A DNA stretch of 57,599 nucleotides from Vicugna vicugna (GCA_013265495.1 MU058365.1:372001-429599), one strand, 5' to 3'. Positions 1-18,567 are shown, counted from the stretch's first letter. A program made the numbers and translations. Notes: a model not told the origin generated them from the sequence alone.

Positions 1-441
1 CTCCCGGACCAGCTGACGCCTCCACCCCCAGCCCCAGTTCCAGCAGCCTCTTCCTCTTGCAGAAATCCAGCCTCCCTGTCCGACACCCACAGAGGAAACG
101 GCGGGGGGGTCCCTCAGAGCCCACCCTGGCCTCTAGACCCCAGAACGTGACTGCACACCCAGCTTGCCAGACTCCTCCTCATTATGGCTCCAGCCTGGCA
201 TACCCTTGGTCCCCAGAGGCCCACCCATTGATCTTCGGACCTCCGGGCCTGGACAAGAGGCTGCTACCAGAACCTCCAGGCCCCAATTACCCAAGTTCAC
301 AGCCAGTGTGGTTGTGCCTGACTCCACGCCGGCCCCTGGGACCTCACGCATCTGGGGAGGGGCCTTCCGAATGGAGTTCTGACACCCCAGAGGGCAGGCC
401 GTGCCCTTACCCACACTGCCAGGTGCTGCCAGCCCAGCCTG
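1..441 (+). CDS. RNF43: RNF43 penultimate (large) coding exon, 5' part outside the window; E3 ubiquitin ligase, Wnt/Frizzled negative regulator
   Basis: Frame from nt 3 reads ...[23 protein letters not shown]...[24 protein letters not shown], matching the RNF43 C-terminal region; donor G|GTGAGT at 441/442. Confidence 0.96.
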
Positions 442-1399
442 GTGAGTCTTCTGGGGAAGCGGGTCAGGTGGGCAGAGGAGACTAGAGAAGGGTGAAGTCA
501 TCTAAGGGGTTGATGGGAGCTGAGAAGGGTACAACAGGGGTCCAAACACTGAACAACTGGCACAGCATAGGGTACTGGCTCTGCCAGGTATTACTCCTTT
601 GGTTGCCATATCTGGTTGAGACACCAGAAAGCACCTGGGGGTGGTTTGGGGCAGCAGCTCAAATGCAGGTGTTTCAATATTTTAAAAATGCATACAGCTC
701 AATATTAGCTATAAATACAAAGAAGGCCAAGAAGTGTTGCTTGAGGAGAGCATGGACACACAGTTACTGAAAACCACAATCCCAGGCCATATGTGATCTT
801 ATAGGTGAAATAATTACAGACAACCGTAATTCTGGGCCATAAGAGAAGAGCTATGTGAATGATGCAAAAATGATTCATTGCTTCCTTCTATTTTTCTTTC
901 TGCGTTGTATGCTTGCTATGGGCTAGGTTCCAGGCTAGGCTCTGAGGACATGGAGCTTGTCAACCTGGAGACCCAGGTCTGGTCTGTGGAGAGACAGGCA
1001 TGCATACTATTAGAGTACAGAAAATAGTTGCTTCCACAGAGCCACGTAATGCAGACTTTGGCCATGTGTCTGATGGTTCCATCTGGAGCCTGTCACAAGT
1101 GTACCTTCGGTGCTGCCAGTGCCAGGCCACCACCTCCCCTCTGTCCCAAACTCATAATTAGTCTCAGTGTTTCCCTTTTCCTGGCTCTTCAAACCCAGTC
1201 AATGGCAGGTTCTGTTAACTGTATCTCTGCTAGCTTTACCATATTCTCCCACAGGACTGATGGCCCCTGCCCATATCTTAGGCGCAGCCTAAAGATCGAG
1301 GCAGGAGCCTCCTAGCTCCTCCCTTCCCCTCACAGGGCCATTAAGGCTGGGCACTGCACATCCGTGTTGTGTCCTGTAGAGTCGTGCAGCATGGTGACC

Positions 1400-1925
1400 C
1401 TGCTCACCACCCTCCGTACTGCTGCTAAGGTCATCCTTCTCAAATAAACTGTCCAGAAATCTTCAAATGTTCTGTTTTGTTCAGAGCCTTGACCTTCAAG
1501 GCTCTAGCACCGGCTAGCCCCCATCTTCCTTCCCAACCTGATTTTCCTCTCTTCCCCTTCCCTTCCCCTGCCCCATGCTTTAGCCAAACTAGGTAAACAC
1601 TTCCTGCAGTTTCTGCAGCGCAGAATATTCGGCTGCCTTCCTATTCCCATAATTCTTCCCTGTCCTGCAGGACCAGCTCATTTACCTCCACTTCCAAGAA
1701 GCCCTTCCTGATTGCTCCAATTGGACATGATCTTTCCCCTTCCTCAATTTGTCTCTTGTGACCCCAGTCCTGCCGCATTGGCCTTATTGCCAGTTACATG
1801 CAAAGCTTCTCTCCTGCGAGGTTGTCAGGTCCCTGCTTAATATTTTTGGCCTTCTATTTGGCATGTGATACCAGGGCAGGTTCACAAGTGCTCAATAAAT
1901 ATTTATTGGGTGAATGAGTGAATAT
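1400..1925 (+). mobile_element. L2 LINE fragment (3' end) in the last RNF43 intron; boundaries approximate
   Basis: Typical L2 tail GTGCTCAATAAATATTTATTGGGTGAATGAGTGAAT at ~1888-1923. Confidence 0.6.
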
Positions 1926-2163
1926 TAAGTATTGGTAACACACTGGTTGCTATAAATGTATCTCTTTCTCTAGATTTGTTTTTCTCTCCTCTGTGTCCCA
2001 ACTGAGGCCCCCCTCAGCTTTCAATCTAAACACCCTTTCTGGACCCATTCCCTGCTCCTCCCTCTCTGTAGTTCCCTCCCAGCCATACTCTCTTGCAGGT
2101 GGAACAAGCAAGAGGCTGGCCTGACGCTCAGTGACCTCTTTCCATCCCTCTCTCTAAATGCAG

Positions 2164-2207
2164 GCTCAGAAGAGGAGCTTGAGGAGCTGTGTGAACAGGC
2201 CGTGTGA
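2164..2207 (+). CDS. RNF43: RNF43 last coding exon (G)SEEELEELCEQAV*
   Basis: Acceptor tgcag|GC at 2163/2164, phase 1 compatible with donor 441; TGA at 2205-2207; matches the known RNF43 C-terminus. Confidence 0.96.
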
Positions 2208-3670
2208 GATGTTCAGGCCTAGCTCCAACCAAGAACGTGCTCCGGAGGACTCGGGGCCCCACCTGGCACAGGGTCCTGCTCCTGAGAGAAGAAAGGACCT
2301 CCGAAAACACCCTCTTTTTTGCCATACATCCTGGAACCAGTGGAAGAGGAGTGGTGATGGTGGGTGGCAGGAGGTGTTGTTGCCCACTCCCAGCTCCAGA
2401 CCTTGTCTGCAAACCATCTGTGGGGCAGCAAGTCTGTGTCCAGCAGGCAAACAGCTCCCATGTGGGCTGGCTCCCTTGCAGGCTGGTTTTGTTTTTGTTT
2501 TTGTTTTTGTTTTTGAGAGCAGGAAGCTAGGTATGGGTAGATAGGTGTTATAAAGGTGGTGCTCCTTCCTCCAGCCCCAGCAGGTCTCCCTCATCCCAAG
2601 CCTCATGTTCATACCAACAAATGGGTCCAGCTGAATGCATGACCCCTTCTCACCTCCTTCCTTGGGAGAGTTGTGCACACCAGCTTTGGCTCCTCCTTGG
2701 TAAGGGTACTGCATCAGTGGCATCTCTGGTTCTTATCATTTTCCTTCTTTGCAAAAAAAGAGAAAAAAACCCAGAAGCATAGGTGAGCCCTGAGTCCTAA
2801 AAAGAGGGGCTTTGCAGATTCTCCAGGCAGGGCCTGCCCTGGTGCATAAAGGAGGATGTTTTTCCCTTCTTGCCATTACTTGTCAGATCCACTATATTAA
2901 GTCACAGGGAAGGCTCTGGGAAGCCAGGGTGTGGAGTTCTGTCCCTCAGCTGGTACAGCATCTTGAAGAGCCTGGGGTGAAGCCTCTGATCTTTAAACTC
3001 CCTTGTCACACCAGCAGCACCAGTCCCTCTGGGGGAGAAGGATAGGGGTAGTGGGAAGGGAATAACTCTTCCTTGGAGCTCTATCTCAAAGTTCCAAAGT
3101 AGGCAGAAAGGAGAGGATTTCTGCTGAACCTTATTTAGGAAGAGGGAGGAAGGAATGAAGGTAGAAAAGGCAGAATGACAGCTGAACAAAGAATTTTCTC
3201 TGGGCGTCTTCTCTCAGTGCAGGGCTGGGGAAGAGGGGAGAACAAAGGAGAAGTAATATGCGGCCCTTGGGATTGATTGGCCCAGAGACCCAGCTTCCCA
3301 GTATAAGCCATTCAGGCCAGGGACACACAGGAAGGAGTGGAGTTGGAGCAGGAAGGCTGGCCTGGGCAGTTGGTACTGAGTGGGCAAGGGCTGAGGGGCC
3401 TCCTTAGGGTGACATTCACCCCAGGGCAACTGGACCATTGCTGGCCCCTCAGGCATTATCCCATTTGGAATGTGAATGTGGGAGCAAAGTGGGCACAAGA
3501 CCCCACCTGGGAATCTTCTTCCCTCAAAAGTCAGTGGGGGACTGGCACCTAGGCACCCACATGGGTATTTATATCTGAACAGACAAGACGCTTGAATCAG
3601 GCACTATGTTGAGAAATGTATTTATTTGCTAATATATTTATCTATAAATATGGTCTGGTCTCGTGGTTTT
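2208..3670 (+). other. RNF43: RNF43 3' UTR (end approximate), includes (TTTTTG)n at ~2487-2515
   Basis: Follows the stop codon; AU-rich end with TGTA, AATATA (3631-3636), TATAAA (3643-3648) and a GT-rich downstream element at ~3661-3680. Confidence 0.6.
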
Positions 3671-4779
3671 GTTCTGTCATAACTGTCTCTCAGAGTAACA
3701 ACTTTACCTCCTACATCAGCAGAAATATGTTATTTCTGATACCAGAGGCCAGGCTCTGATTTACGAAAGGACGGAGTAGAGTGGTAGGTTTGGCAACAAG
3801 AAGTGGCTTGTAAGTCCCTAAAAGCATGGTTTAGTGAGATCAGGGACAGAAAGCATGACTGGCTTCTCACTGTGGTTCAGTTCGTTAGCTGTGCTATTAC
3901 TGTACTGCTTCCTTCACATTCTAATTTGTGATGCTTCAGTGACTTTCTTTGTGACCTTGGCCAGATACTCTGTGCCTCACTTTTTCCACCCGTGAAATGG
4001 ATCGGTTGTCGGAGAGCTCCCATAAGGCAACAGCCTGTTCCAAAGTAGAAAGTATGCAGTGACAGAGAACATCTAAGCCCAGTTACAGAGCCCAGCTGAA
4101 CACGGCATGGGACCGGCACAAGCAGCACACCGGCCTTGAAGAAGCTCAGTTTCTATGTAGGAGGCCTGGTTGGGAAGGTAGAACAGCAGGGCATGAAACT
4201 ATTTATATCCCAAAGCTCCAAGTCAGATAAACACAAATGACTGCCCTCTGCCTACACATGGGACTACTGTGAGGATCAAAAGAGCCGGTGCTATGTCGGT
4301 ATGAATTCCACAGGGCTGCTCTATTCCTCACAAAGCACATTTTCCCCTTCTGCCTCTCCGGGAAAGGGTTTGGTAGAGGTGGTGGTTGTCGAGCGCCCAG
4401 TCTGAACCAGAGAGCAAGGCATTTAGCTTTCTAAAGGGTGAAATGAAAAAAGAAAAAAAGGACACAAACTCCCACAGAAGAGCTGAGGGAAAGGAACTAT
4501 ATACCTAAATGCTAAAAGCTGCACAAAGCATAAATTAACAGCTGGAACGAGGAAACGTACGTAAAGAGTTTTCAAAAATAATTAAATACGCATTTTCCCG
4601 GCCGTCCGCTCCCAGGCCAGCATTCCTGTGGACGCAGATGGAAACCCAATCGGGCGCTCGCTGTTAGGAAGGAGAGGGGCGGTCCCTGGATTTCTCTTCG
4701 TCTCTGCAGAGATAATCCGGAGGTAGACAGTGGACTCTCTAACCCTGCGCTTTTAAGACAGGAAGACCAAAGAGAATCT

Positions 4780-10072
<5,293 letters not shown>

Positions 10073-10379
10073 CGAGATGCACAGCTGCCAACATCTTTGC
10101 TCCTCATCTCTGCCTCTGCTTATTTTTTGTTGTGGAACTAAACGAGCAGAACCTTCACATGCGTCCCACCCTCTGATTCTGGGACTCAGCAGACTGTTGA
10201 GAAAGCAGCACAATGTGTCCTTGGGCCATTTTACCTTCTTTGGACTACTGTGGGGGTAGGAGCAGTTTGGGTTGGTGGATTTACAGAGACTGAATTCAGT
10301 GGGGAGTAGGATGCTGGTTTTCCTACACACAGCCCAGGGCTGCGCCCTTGCCCACGGGCAGGACTCTGAGTCAAATGCC

Positions 10380-10385
10380 AATAAA
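10380..10385 (+). terminator. SUPT4H1: SUPT4H1 proximal poly(A) signal AATAAA; a distal ATTAAA lies at 10979-10984
   Basis: Canonical hexamer ~310 nt after the stop codon. Confidence 0.6.
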
Positions 10386-13300
10386 CATGGACCCCTAGGA
10401 GTGTTCTTAAGCCCAAAGCACATGCCTTGCCTCCCTCTTCCTTTCTCTTAGCTGGGCACAGTAAGAACTCACTGCCCTGTAAACGTCTCTCCAGGGCAGC
10501 AGAGGCTCTTCTGCTCCTCATGATCCACCTCTGAGGCTCCAGGTTGGAGCCTTTCCATTGTGCTTCCTCGGGTCTCGGAAGGTCTGCTGTCCCGCGTCTA
10601 GGCAGCCCCGTCAGCCTGGTGGTCCTGGTGTCTGGTGGTTGCAGCCTTCTACGCTCTAGACCTGGCACAGCTGGTGTCCCTTGAAGAAATCCTGAGGCTT
10701 CTTTATAGTATTTACCCCTTGGCCACGTTTAATACCTTTTTCCTTTTTGTTTTCTTCTTTTCACTGTTCTTCCTGTGCCTGAGGCCCACCAGTGGCAGCC
10801 ACGACCTCCCCTTCCTCTGCTCCCCTGCGTTCCCCTAACTCTGGACCCTCAGGTTGCTGCTGGGTCTTGGTCCGGCTGGTTTTTGCCTCCATTGGAGGTG
10901 AGCCTCTCCTTTTCTCTCTGGCCTCGTAGCGGGCCTTGAGTGATGTCCTGTTATTGGCCAAGGCAAGTTACTTTTGGAATTAAAATATTTACCACAAATT
11001 CTCATTTACTTAAATTTCCACAAAAAATCCTGTTCAGTGTCCCCATTTTTATTCCCCTAAGTTTCTTGTTCCCCATCTGTGAAGCGAAAATGATTACACT
11101 CTGTTTACCTCAGGATTTTTGTGATGGTGATAATGAAAGCAATGTGAGAATTTTGTAGCTTACATTTTATAAAAGGTGAAACCCACTTGCTCTCCGTTTA
11201 TTAGCCATTCCTCAGTATGTATACAGTCAGCCAAAACAGTGCGGGAAGTGCTCAGAGCTGCCACGCAGTCTGAGCTCTGACTCAGCAGTGTGCCTGCGCT
11301 GGGGCTTTGTGTCTCGTAGCCACCTGGTGTTGCTAGTGAGTCAGTGTCTCTTGTCACCTGTGACCTGGAGTGTGTGGGAAGGAGGGAGAGATGCTGACTC
11401 TTCAGTCAGCTGTCCCCCCCCCGTCCCTTGTCCTCTGAGGCCCATGAGAAGGAAACTGGGACTGGCCCGGGCTGCTCAAGTCGCCACTCACGGGTCCTCC
11501 TCAAACCAGAACCGTTTTCTCCGCCACCTTAAAACTCAGGGAGCGGTCTGTTAACCCAATTCCAATGGGGGTTTTCAAGGACCTCCCCAGCCCAGCCAAC
11601 TGAACAAGCCTTGGGGGGAGTGGGTGGTTTGCATTGTTCAAGTTCAGTGTGAAAGGAGCCTTGGGAAGCAGCGCCACCAGGCCAGAGCTTACATCCAGAG
11701 GGGAAGAAGCGGCTTTTAGCAAGAGTGCCGAGGCCACGCAGCCAACGCCCAACTTTCACTGGCTTTCTCGAAAAGTCCCTTGGAAATCCCCGGCTGCTGT
11801 CCTGCGCGTCTGACCCGGACGTGGCTGCCTGGTGAGAATGGAAACAGTTGTGGGGAGGGGAGGCGAGAGGAGCCGGCACGAATAACCACGCTCACGCTGC
11901 CTCAGCCCCGCGCCGGGCTGGGGCCCTAACTGTCAGCCCTGCAGGAAGCGAGAGGCAGCCGCGCCGGGGCTGGGGGAGGGGCGGCCAGCTGCCGTGACCG
12001 GACTTCACAGGCTCCCGCGGGCCCTGCCTGGCAGCGGCCGCTCAGTTCGCTCTCTCGCTCTCTCTAGTCCTCGAACCTGCTTGTGGCGCCCCCTCAGCAG
12101 CCCAGACAGGCAGTGAGGTGCAGGAGTTGCATCCCCTGCTGGGAGCCAACGCGGCTGAAACGGGTCGTCGGTTCACCGCCTGGAAGAGAGCCTGCTTTGT
12201 GGAAGAAGGGAGGTTCCAGGCGCTGGTCTGCTGCCCCTGGTGCCTGTCCAAGCCCAGCCCCATTCGGACTGCTGAGGTCCCATGTCTACCCCAAGGGCCC
12301 GGGCTCTCGCGCGGCAGGCTGCCTTCTCCTTCAGAAAGTCGAGGCTCCTCCCTAGTTCAACAAGGGACAGACTCGAGTCAGATGAGAAACAGCTGTGACC
12401 TGGCTGCCTTCCCCTGGCCTGTCTTTTCCTCACCCTCCACCCCCTACCCGCCACGGGCTGCGGGCCTAGGGGCAAAGTGACAGTGCAGTGCTGAATGCAG
12501 CCTCCAGCCCAAAGCAGGCATTGATAGCTGACGAGCAAGGGTTAGAACCTTCTGGTCTTGGAGAGAGCAGTTTCCCAGAGTAATGGGCTGGGCTGGTAAG
12601 GGCCTAAACTCAGCCTGGGCTCTTCATGCTTGCGGGGCTGGGGCCTTACTCCTCTGGGCATGGCCATTACCTCCTTATTCCCAGCCTGTTTGTAACCTGC
12701 TGTTCAGTCCTCAAGTCCCCTCACTGACACGCGTGTGTGTGTGTGTAACAGACAGGTAGGTGAGGTTTAAGAACAGACTAATAATATCTCACTTTGTCTG
12801 GAAGTCTGGTTCATATTTAGTATCAGTAAAGCCTTTCATTTAAATAGCATTTTACCAGTTGACAAAAGGGCTTTCACATCCATTCTTTTACCTGACCCCC
12901 CACAAAACCCCTGTGTCACAGCTAACACCCTTATACAATGATGAAGAGACTGAGGCTCAGAGTTAAAGTGACCTGGCCATGACCAAGCAGTGGGGCCTTA
13001 GCTCAAGAAACGCATCGCCCACACCCAGTTTAGCCTGCGCTCTGGTGTCGTCCTCCCCGAACACAGCAGGTTTGCTCCCTTTGTGATTTTTCCGCAGAAC
13101 TAGAAAGTTACATGTCCCTACGCATTGAGCGCCCCCAACCACCCTGTTCCCACCACCTACATCTCTAGTCCTCAGATCTAAAGTTAGCCAGAGACAGGGA
13201 GGCAGTGTGGGGAAATGGTCCAGGGAGGAGAGACTTGGGATTTACTCAACGGTCCCTGTGTGGAGCGCTGGGAAACTGGTCCAGTCCTCCAGTTCCCACC

Positions 13301-13564
13301 TGGCTGCATCTTCTTTTCCATTCCATCAGCTCTTATGTATCCGCTGGCCTGTGCCAGGTACTCCCCAGCTTCTCCTCTTTTTCTACTCACACCTTCCTCC
13401 ACCTGCTGCACAGTTACGGCACCTTCGCGCTCCACTGGAACTGGGGCCAGTGTCCTTGCCTCCCAGCCCTGCTGTCTCCACCACCCACTTGCCCTGACTT
13501 TTCTAGGTCACTTGACTTCTCTAAAACGAAGTTTCCTCTTTATAAAATGCAGTTGACAAAACTC

Positions 13565-13770
13565 TGGTGTTAGGTGGCAGGAGAGTGGTTACTCGTGACA
13601 GATTGGGTGGCGGAGGGCATGAGGGGCTCCTGAGGTGCAGGTTATAGTTTTTTGATCTGGATGCTTGTTATATAGGTTGATTCGGTTTCTGAAAATTTAC
13701 TGAGTTATGCACTTACGATTTGTTCACTTTTCTGTTTGTACAGTTACACTTCAAATAAAAAGTTCGCTTA
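13565..13770 (+). mobile_element. L1ME/L1MC-type 3' end inserted into a MIR (MIR halves ~13505-13560 and ~13785-13885)
   Basis: GAAAATTTACTGAGTTATGCACTTACGATTTGTTCACTTTTCTG...TACACTTCAAATAAAAAG; MIR motifs GTTTCCTCTTTATAAAATG and GTTGTGAGAATCAAAT on either side. Confidence 0.6.
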
Positions 13771-16199
13771 AAGCTGTAGTTGGCAATTCTTAGGATAGTT
13801 GTGAGAATCAAATACAGCAATTTAGATAAAAGCAACTTGAGAGCTATAAATTACTAAGTGTATCTAAGGGATTGTCATTATTCAAAATTGTCCCCGTCTA
13901 GATAAGTTCTAGGTTAGAATGTCACTCCTCTAGCATTGCTAGGCAAGAGATGTTCAAATGTATCTATCATACCCAAATACATCAAAACTGAAACATTTTC
14001 CTTAAAACACGATGACTTTTTATCATAATCTCTTTTTTTAAATCATAATCTCTTTTTCTGTTATTTCATTTTTTTATGACCTAAGTTTTGTTTGTTTGTT
14101 AATATATACTTCCTTTCTATTTGGATATGAGGTTGTGGATGGATTTAATCTCTCCTTAGCTTAAGTCATTGTTATAAAACTTCCACTTTTGTATCATGTG
14201 GTGAAATGGTTCTGGGAAAACTGATTCTTTTTCTGCCTGTTGAATTCATATCAGCCCGTCAGCTGTCACTTCTGGTGCTCCTGTGCGGCTCTCCCCCTTC
14301 CAGTCTCATCTGAGCTAGGAGAACAGATGGCCACACTGGTAAAAACTGCTGTTGGGTAAGCCAATAAGGCTCGGACTGAGGAAGAAAGCGCCCGGCTGTC
14401 TGCCTGGGCCTTGGGGGCTCAGAGGCCTTCACCACCAGGAGGGTGAGGTCCAGAGAGTTGGGGCTGTGGAAAGAGTGAAGGCAGACCATGCAGAGGATGC
14501 GAGGGCTGACCTAAGTCAGCCCCCTCACTTTATGGGTGAGAAGACCCAGCCCCAAGGTCAGGGGTCAGCCTGACCTCAAGAGGGAGTCACTGCCACTCAC
14601 TCTGTGTGTCCTCCAGTGCCTGGCTCAGTGCCTTTGCCTTCGGGTGCTTGTATTTCTCTTTGCTTTAGGATCCCAGAATGCAGGAACTGAGTGCAGAGAA
14701 AACTTTGCCTGGGCTGCTGGCACCTAGATACCACCTCTGAGAAATAAGATAGGAAACCTCTCCGCTCTAGACCTTGGCATTCCTAGCCTCAACAGTCCCC
14801 CTAGGGTGGAGGGCAGGCATGATGGGGTCATGGACAGAGGACCCGAAACCCATGCCCGACCCACAGCAGAGGAAGGCCTGTGCCTGTAGGAATTCAGGGA
14901 GCTAGCTGGCCCGGCTCAAGGACTCCATGCTGCTTTTCCTAACTGTGCACTCTCCTTCCTCCAAACTGAGCTCTTGTGCTGCAGAGAGAACTTGACGGAA
15001 GATAAGGTACAGCTTCAGACACCAGTGTGGGGAGACCCCAGGTTTACCCCCAAATGGATTCCTCATTCTTTCTTCCCCATCAACTGCCACCCTTTCAACC
15101 CCTCCCCCCATCCCGGAAAATACCTGGAAGGAAGTGCGTGCCCTGGGGCCACTAGCGGAAGAGGGGGTTTAACTGTCATCTCGTCCCTGGGGGCTTGAGT
15201 AGCGGAGGGCAGAGGGGAAAATGCAAATCCATGCTTAGGAAAGAGGAGAACTCCAGAGAGAGAGAGGAAGAGGGTGGCAGCCACTGCCCAGCCTTCCTCC
15301 TGGGCTGGTGATCCCAGCAGGGGCTGCAGGGCCTGAACAAGAGTGATCTTAGGCCCAGGGGGGAAGCCGACAGCCGCCCCAGCCCCGAGCAGGCAGCTGT
15401 GGCACCGGTACTTTCTCTGTGCAGCTGAGTAGACTCACTTCCTCTCAGCCCTGCACCCCAGGGGAGCAGGGAGATGGGGGCGGGGTCTGGAGCTCCGAAG
15501 AGCCAGGCGGAAAGATGAGGAGATGGAGGAGGTCAAGGTGGGCACAGGGGTCACATCCCTGGTGAATCAGCCTAAGGAGAGTATGTGTGTTCTGCTTCTG
15601 CAGCAGGATGGAGCGAGCTTAGACTGGAAGGACCCCTCTGGCCTCTGCACCTCTCCTTCCCCATTATAGATACCAGAGGCCAGAATTGGGAACCACGTGG
15701 TGTCTTTGCAAAAGGGATCTTTCACAGCAACTGGGAGGCAGAAATATAAGGGAGAAGCAGGCTTTGGGCTAGAGCTACCAAGATAATAATTTGTGATATC
15801 AGTATGGCAGTGACCAGGTTCGAAACTGGCCACCTCCATTATTGCATGTGGTCCGCAGACCATCCTGAGAAAACCGAGTTTCAGTTATATTATTTGCCCA
15901 TGGTCAGTGGCCAGGCAAGGCTATAGTGGTGTTTCAGCCCAGCCGTCCTCTCGGCTTCCCTTTAGTACTGCCTTCAGTGGCAGATGGGGACCCAGGGCCC
16001 ATGGCCAGGGCAGCGGTGAGGGGTGGTTCCTCCTGTCTTCCTTTGCAGGTCAACCATCGGCACCACTAAGGTCTTCAGGATGAAGGCCTTAGCACCTCCC
16101 TATGCTCACTCACCCTTGGACCCTTCCTGGAGGGCCTGGGCCCCCTGGCCCTGACACCCCCACCTCCTGCTTTGCCCCAGGACTCTCACCAACACCTCC

Positions 16200-16410
16200 C
16201 ACCTCAGCCGCAGCCCCATGACGCAGCTGCCCGCGCCCCATTGGCCGGCCTGGGGAGCATTTGCCCTTATTTGGCCAGGCCGCTCCTGGCGGGCCTCCAC
16301 CCCCAGCCCAGCCCCCGCAGGCTTGTCTCTCTCACTTCGTCTTTTTGAGGTTTGGCTCTGGGGCCCTGGCAGGCGTCACTTCAAACACACTTTCTGGTTG
16401 AGTCACTTTT
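16200..16410. promoter_or_regulatory. Promoter/enhancer-like motif cluster between SUPT4H1 and MIR142
   Basis: ATGACGCA (CRE/AP-1-like, 16218), ATTGG (16240), perfect CArG CCTTATTTGG 16265-16274, AP-1 TGAGTCA 16399-16405. Confidence 0.5.
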
Positions 16411-18567
16411 TAACGGCTCCAGTGCCGTGAGCTGCTGCGGCTGGTGCTGCAGAAGCATCCCCAGCCTTGGTGGCCACCTCCCCCAACCGACTGCTTAACA
16501 GGCTCCGAGGGAAGGAGCCTGGGGTGGGGTGGGGTGGGGTTCGCCTTTGAAGAGACTCTTCAGACCACTTGGTTACCCATTTAGACCTCTCTGCTCCCTC
16601 CACCCCCAACTCCACAAGCCTGGGGGCAGGGAAATCTGCCCCAGGTTCCTCTCACTGCTTTCTCCAACCCCCTTTTCCAACTGGGTTTGTGAGAACAGGC
16701 TGCATCTCCACTGGCTGTTGAGTGTCCACTCTGAGGTCTGCCAGGCCTGGTCCTTTTGGGGGCACTTTGAACTGAGTCTCTTAGGGAAACAGAAATGAGT
16801 TGCAGACTGTTGGCTGATTTTCAGGAAGGTGAAACTTAACCTCACTCTTTCCGGTTCCTCATCTCTGAGGTGCGGATACCATCATTTACATCACTGGGTC
16901 AGCATGATGATCAAATGAGGTTCAGATTTTCTATAAAGTTCTCTAGACACCTTGGCTACTGCCCTTCCCCCCAGCTCAAAGTGTAGAACATGGAGGTGAA
17001 CGAAGAAACTGAGCCCAGAGTAGTTCACGGGGTGGTCCTCACGGAGCTCTGTGTTCTTCCCACCCCTCCCCTTCTACTTTTCCAGCTGCCCCTGGGATGT
17101 GAGGAATCTTATGGAGGGCAGGATACTGGCAGGAGGGAAAAGACAGAAGAGTCCCCCAGCCCTTTGCCCCTGTTCCCAGCCAAGATAAGGGGAGGATTCT
17201 ACCTGAGGTCCCTTTCCAGCCACCTTCCTTCTCTGAGCTATGTGAGGTCTGCCTTTGAGCCTGCTGAGGGGAAATCCATGGGCGGGTCTGGGAACACAGG
17301 ACTTGCTGCTTCCTCCTCCAGGGTCCTTGGGCCCCCTTGCTCTGGGGGACTTCCTAGAGTACAAACATGTTCTTTGGTCAAATTTCTCTTCGACTTTATG
17401 GATGAAGAAACAAAGACTGGGGGCTGGGGACAGATCCTGTGACTGGTCCAAAGTTTCACTGTAAATAGCCACAGGATGGGGACTGGACACTTAGTCTCTT
17501 ACCTCCTAGTCTGGCCCTCTGTTTTGTGGTCCTGATGTTGGGAGTAGGTCATTGGGCTGATGAGAGATCTCAGTGGGTTCCAGTCAGGGATGATGTGCCT
17601 GGCCCCACTCTTGGGATACACACACACACACAAACACACATGGAGTTTATCTGTAGCAGTTAAAACTGGAGCAGGTGCAGCTCTGCAAGTTAAACCAGGC
17701 ACCTTTGTGGAGGGAGCCAGGAGGGAGTTTTCTCTCTTTCCCTTCCTGTGTCCCTAGAAGACCCCAGTGGAAGGTGCTTCTGGTTTCATGGCCACTCCCA
17801 CAGCAGTGGTCAAGGTGGCCTTCTCCCTCACACCCACCCCCCTTTCCTATTGAGCCCATCCTGCCTCTTTCCAGATGCTGTGGACAAAACCCTTAGCTTG
17901 ACTAATTTGTTTTGTGACCTCAGGCTGCCTTCTGCCTCTCTCTGGCCTTATAGCTCAGTTTCCTGACTCTGAATTACCTGCCTGACCTTGCTGCTGAAAA
18001 GAACTTGGATGCTGTGATCCGGAGAGCCAAGCCAGACCCCCATCCCAGAGCAGAGCTGGCCTCCCAGGCACTGCAGCTGCCTCTCACCAGAGTAGCGCAG
18101 GAGAGGGTGAAGTTAAACTTGGGGGTGGGGGGGGGTGTCTGGGCAGTGCAGGCAGGGCTGATGGCAGGGCGTGCCCACCCTCCATGTCTGGAGGCCTCTC
18201 AGCACTCCTGGTGCCCCCAGGCTCTAGATGAGTCAGTGGCCTTCTTAAGCGCTGAGATGACCTCTGCAGGGGACACAGGTGCTTTAGGATCTGGAGGGAG
18301 GTCCCTCTCTCAGCACCTGCTTCCCTTGGCGTCGCCTCCGCCTCCCCACCGCCACCACCGCTGAGGGTGGCCAAAGTTCCTACCATTTGGGACTACTGAC
18401 TCCAAATTGTCCTTAAGCCCCATTTTGCAGTGCTGGGGGCTCAGTTTCCCTCCTTCGTGGCCAGGCCTGCCCCCAAGCCTTGCTCCCTGGAGGGCCACCC
18501 GCTCGGCCTCTGACTTCCTGTTTGTGCTCGGTAAGCCCTGTGGCTTCTCTGTTGTTGCCTCTGCACC

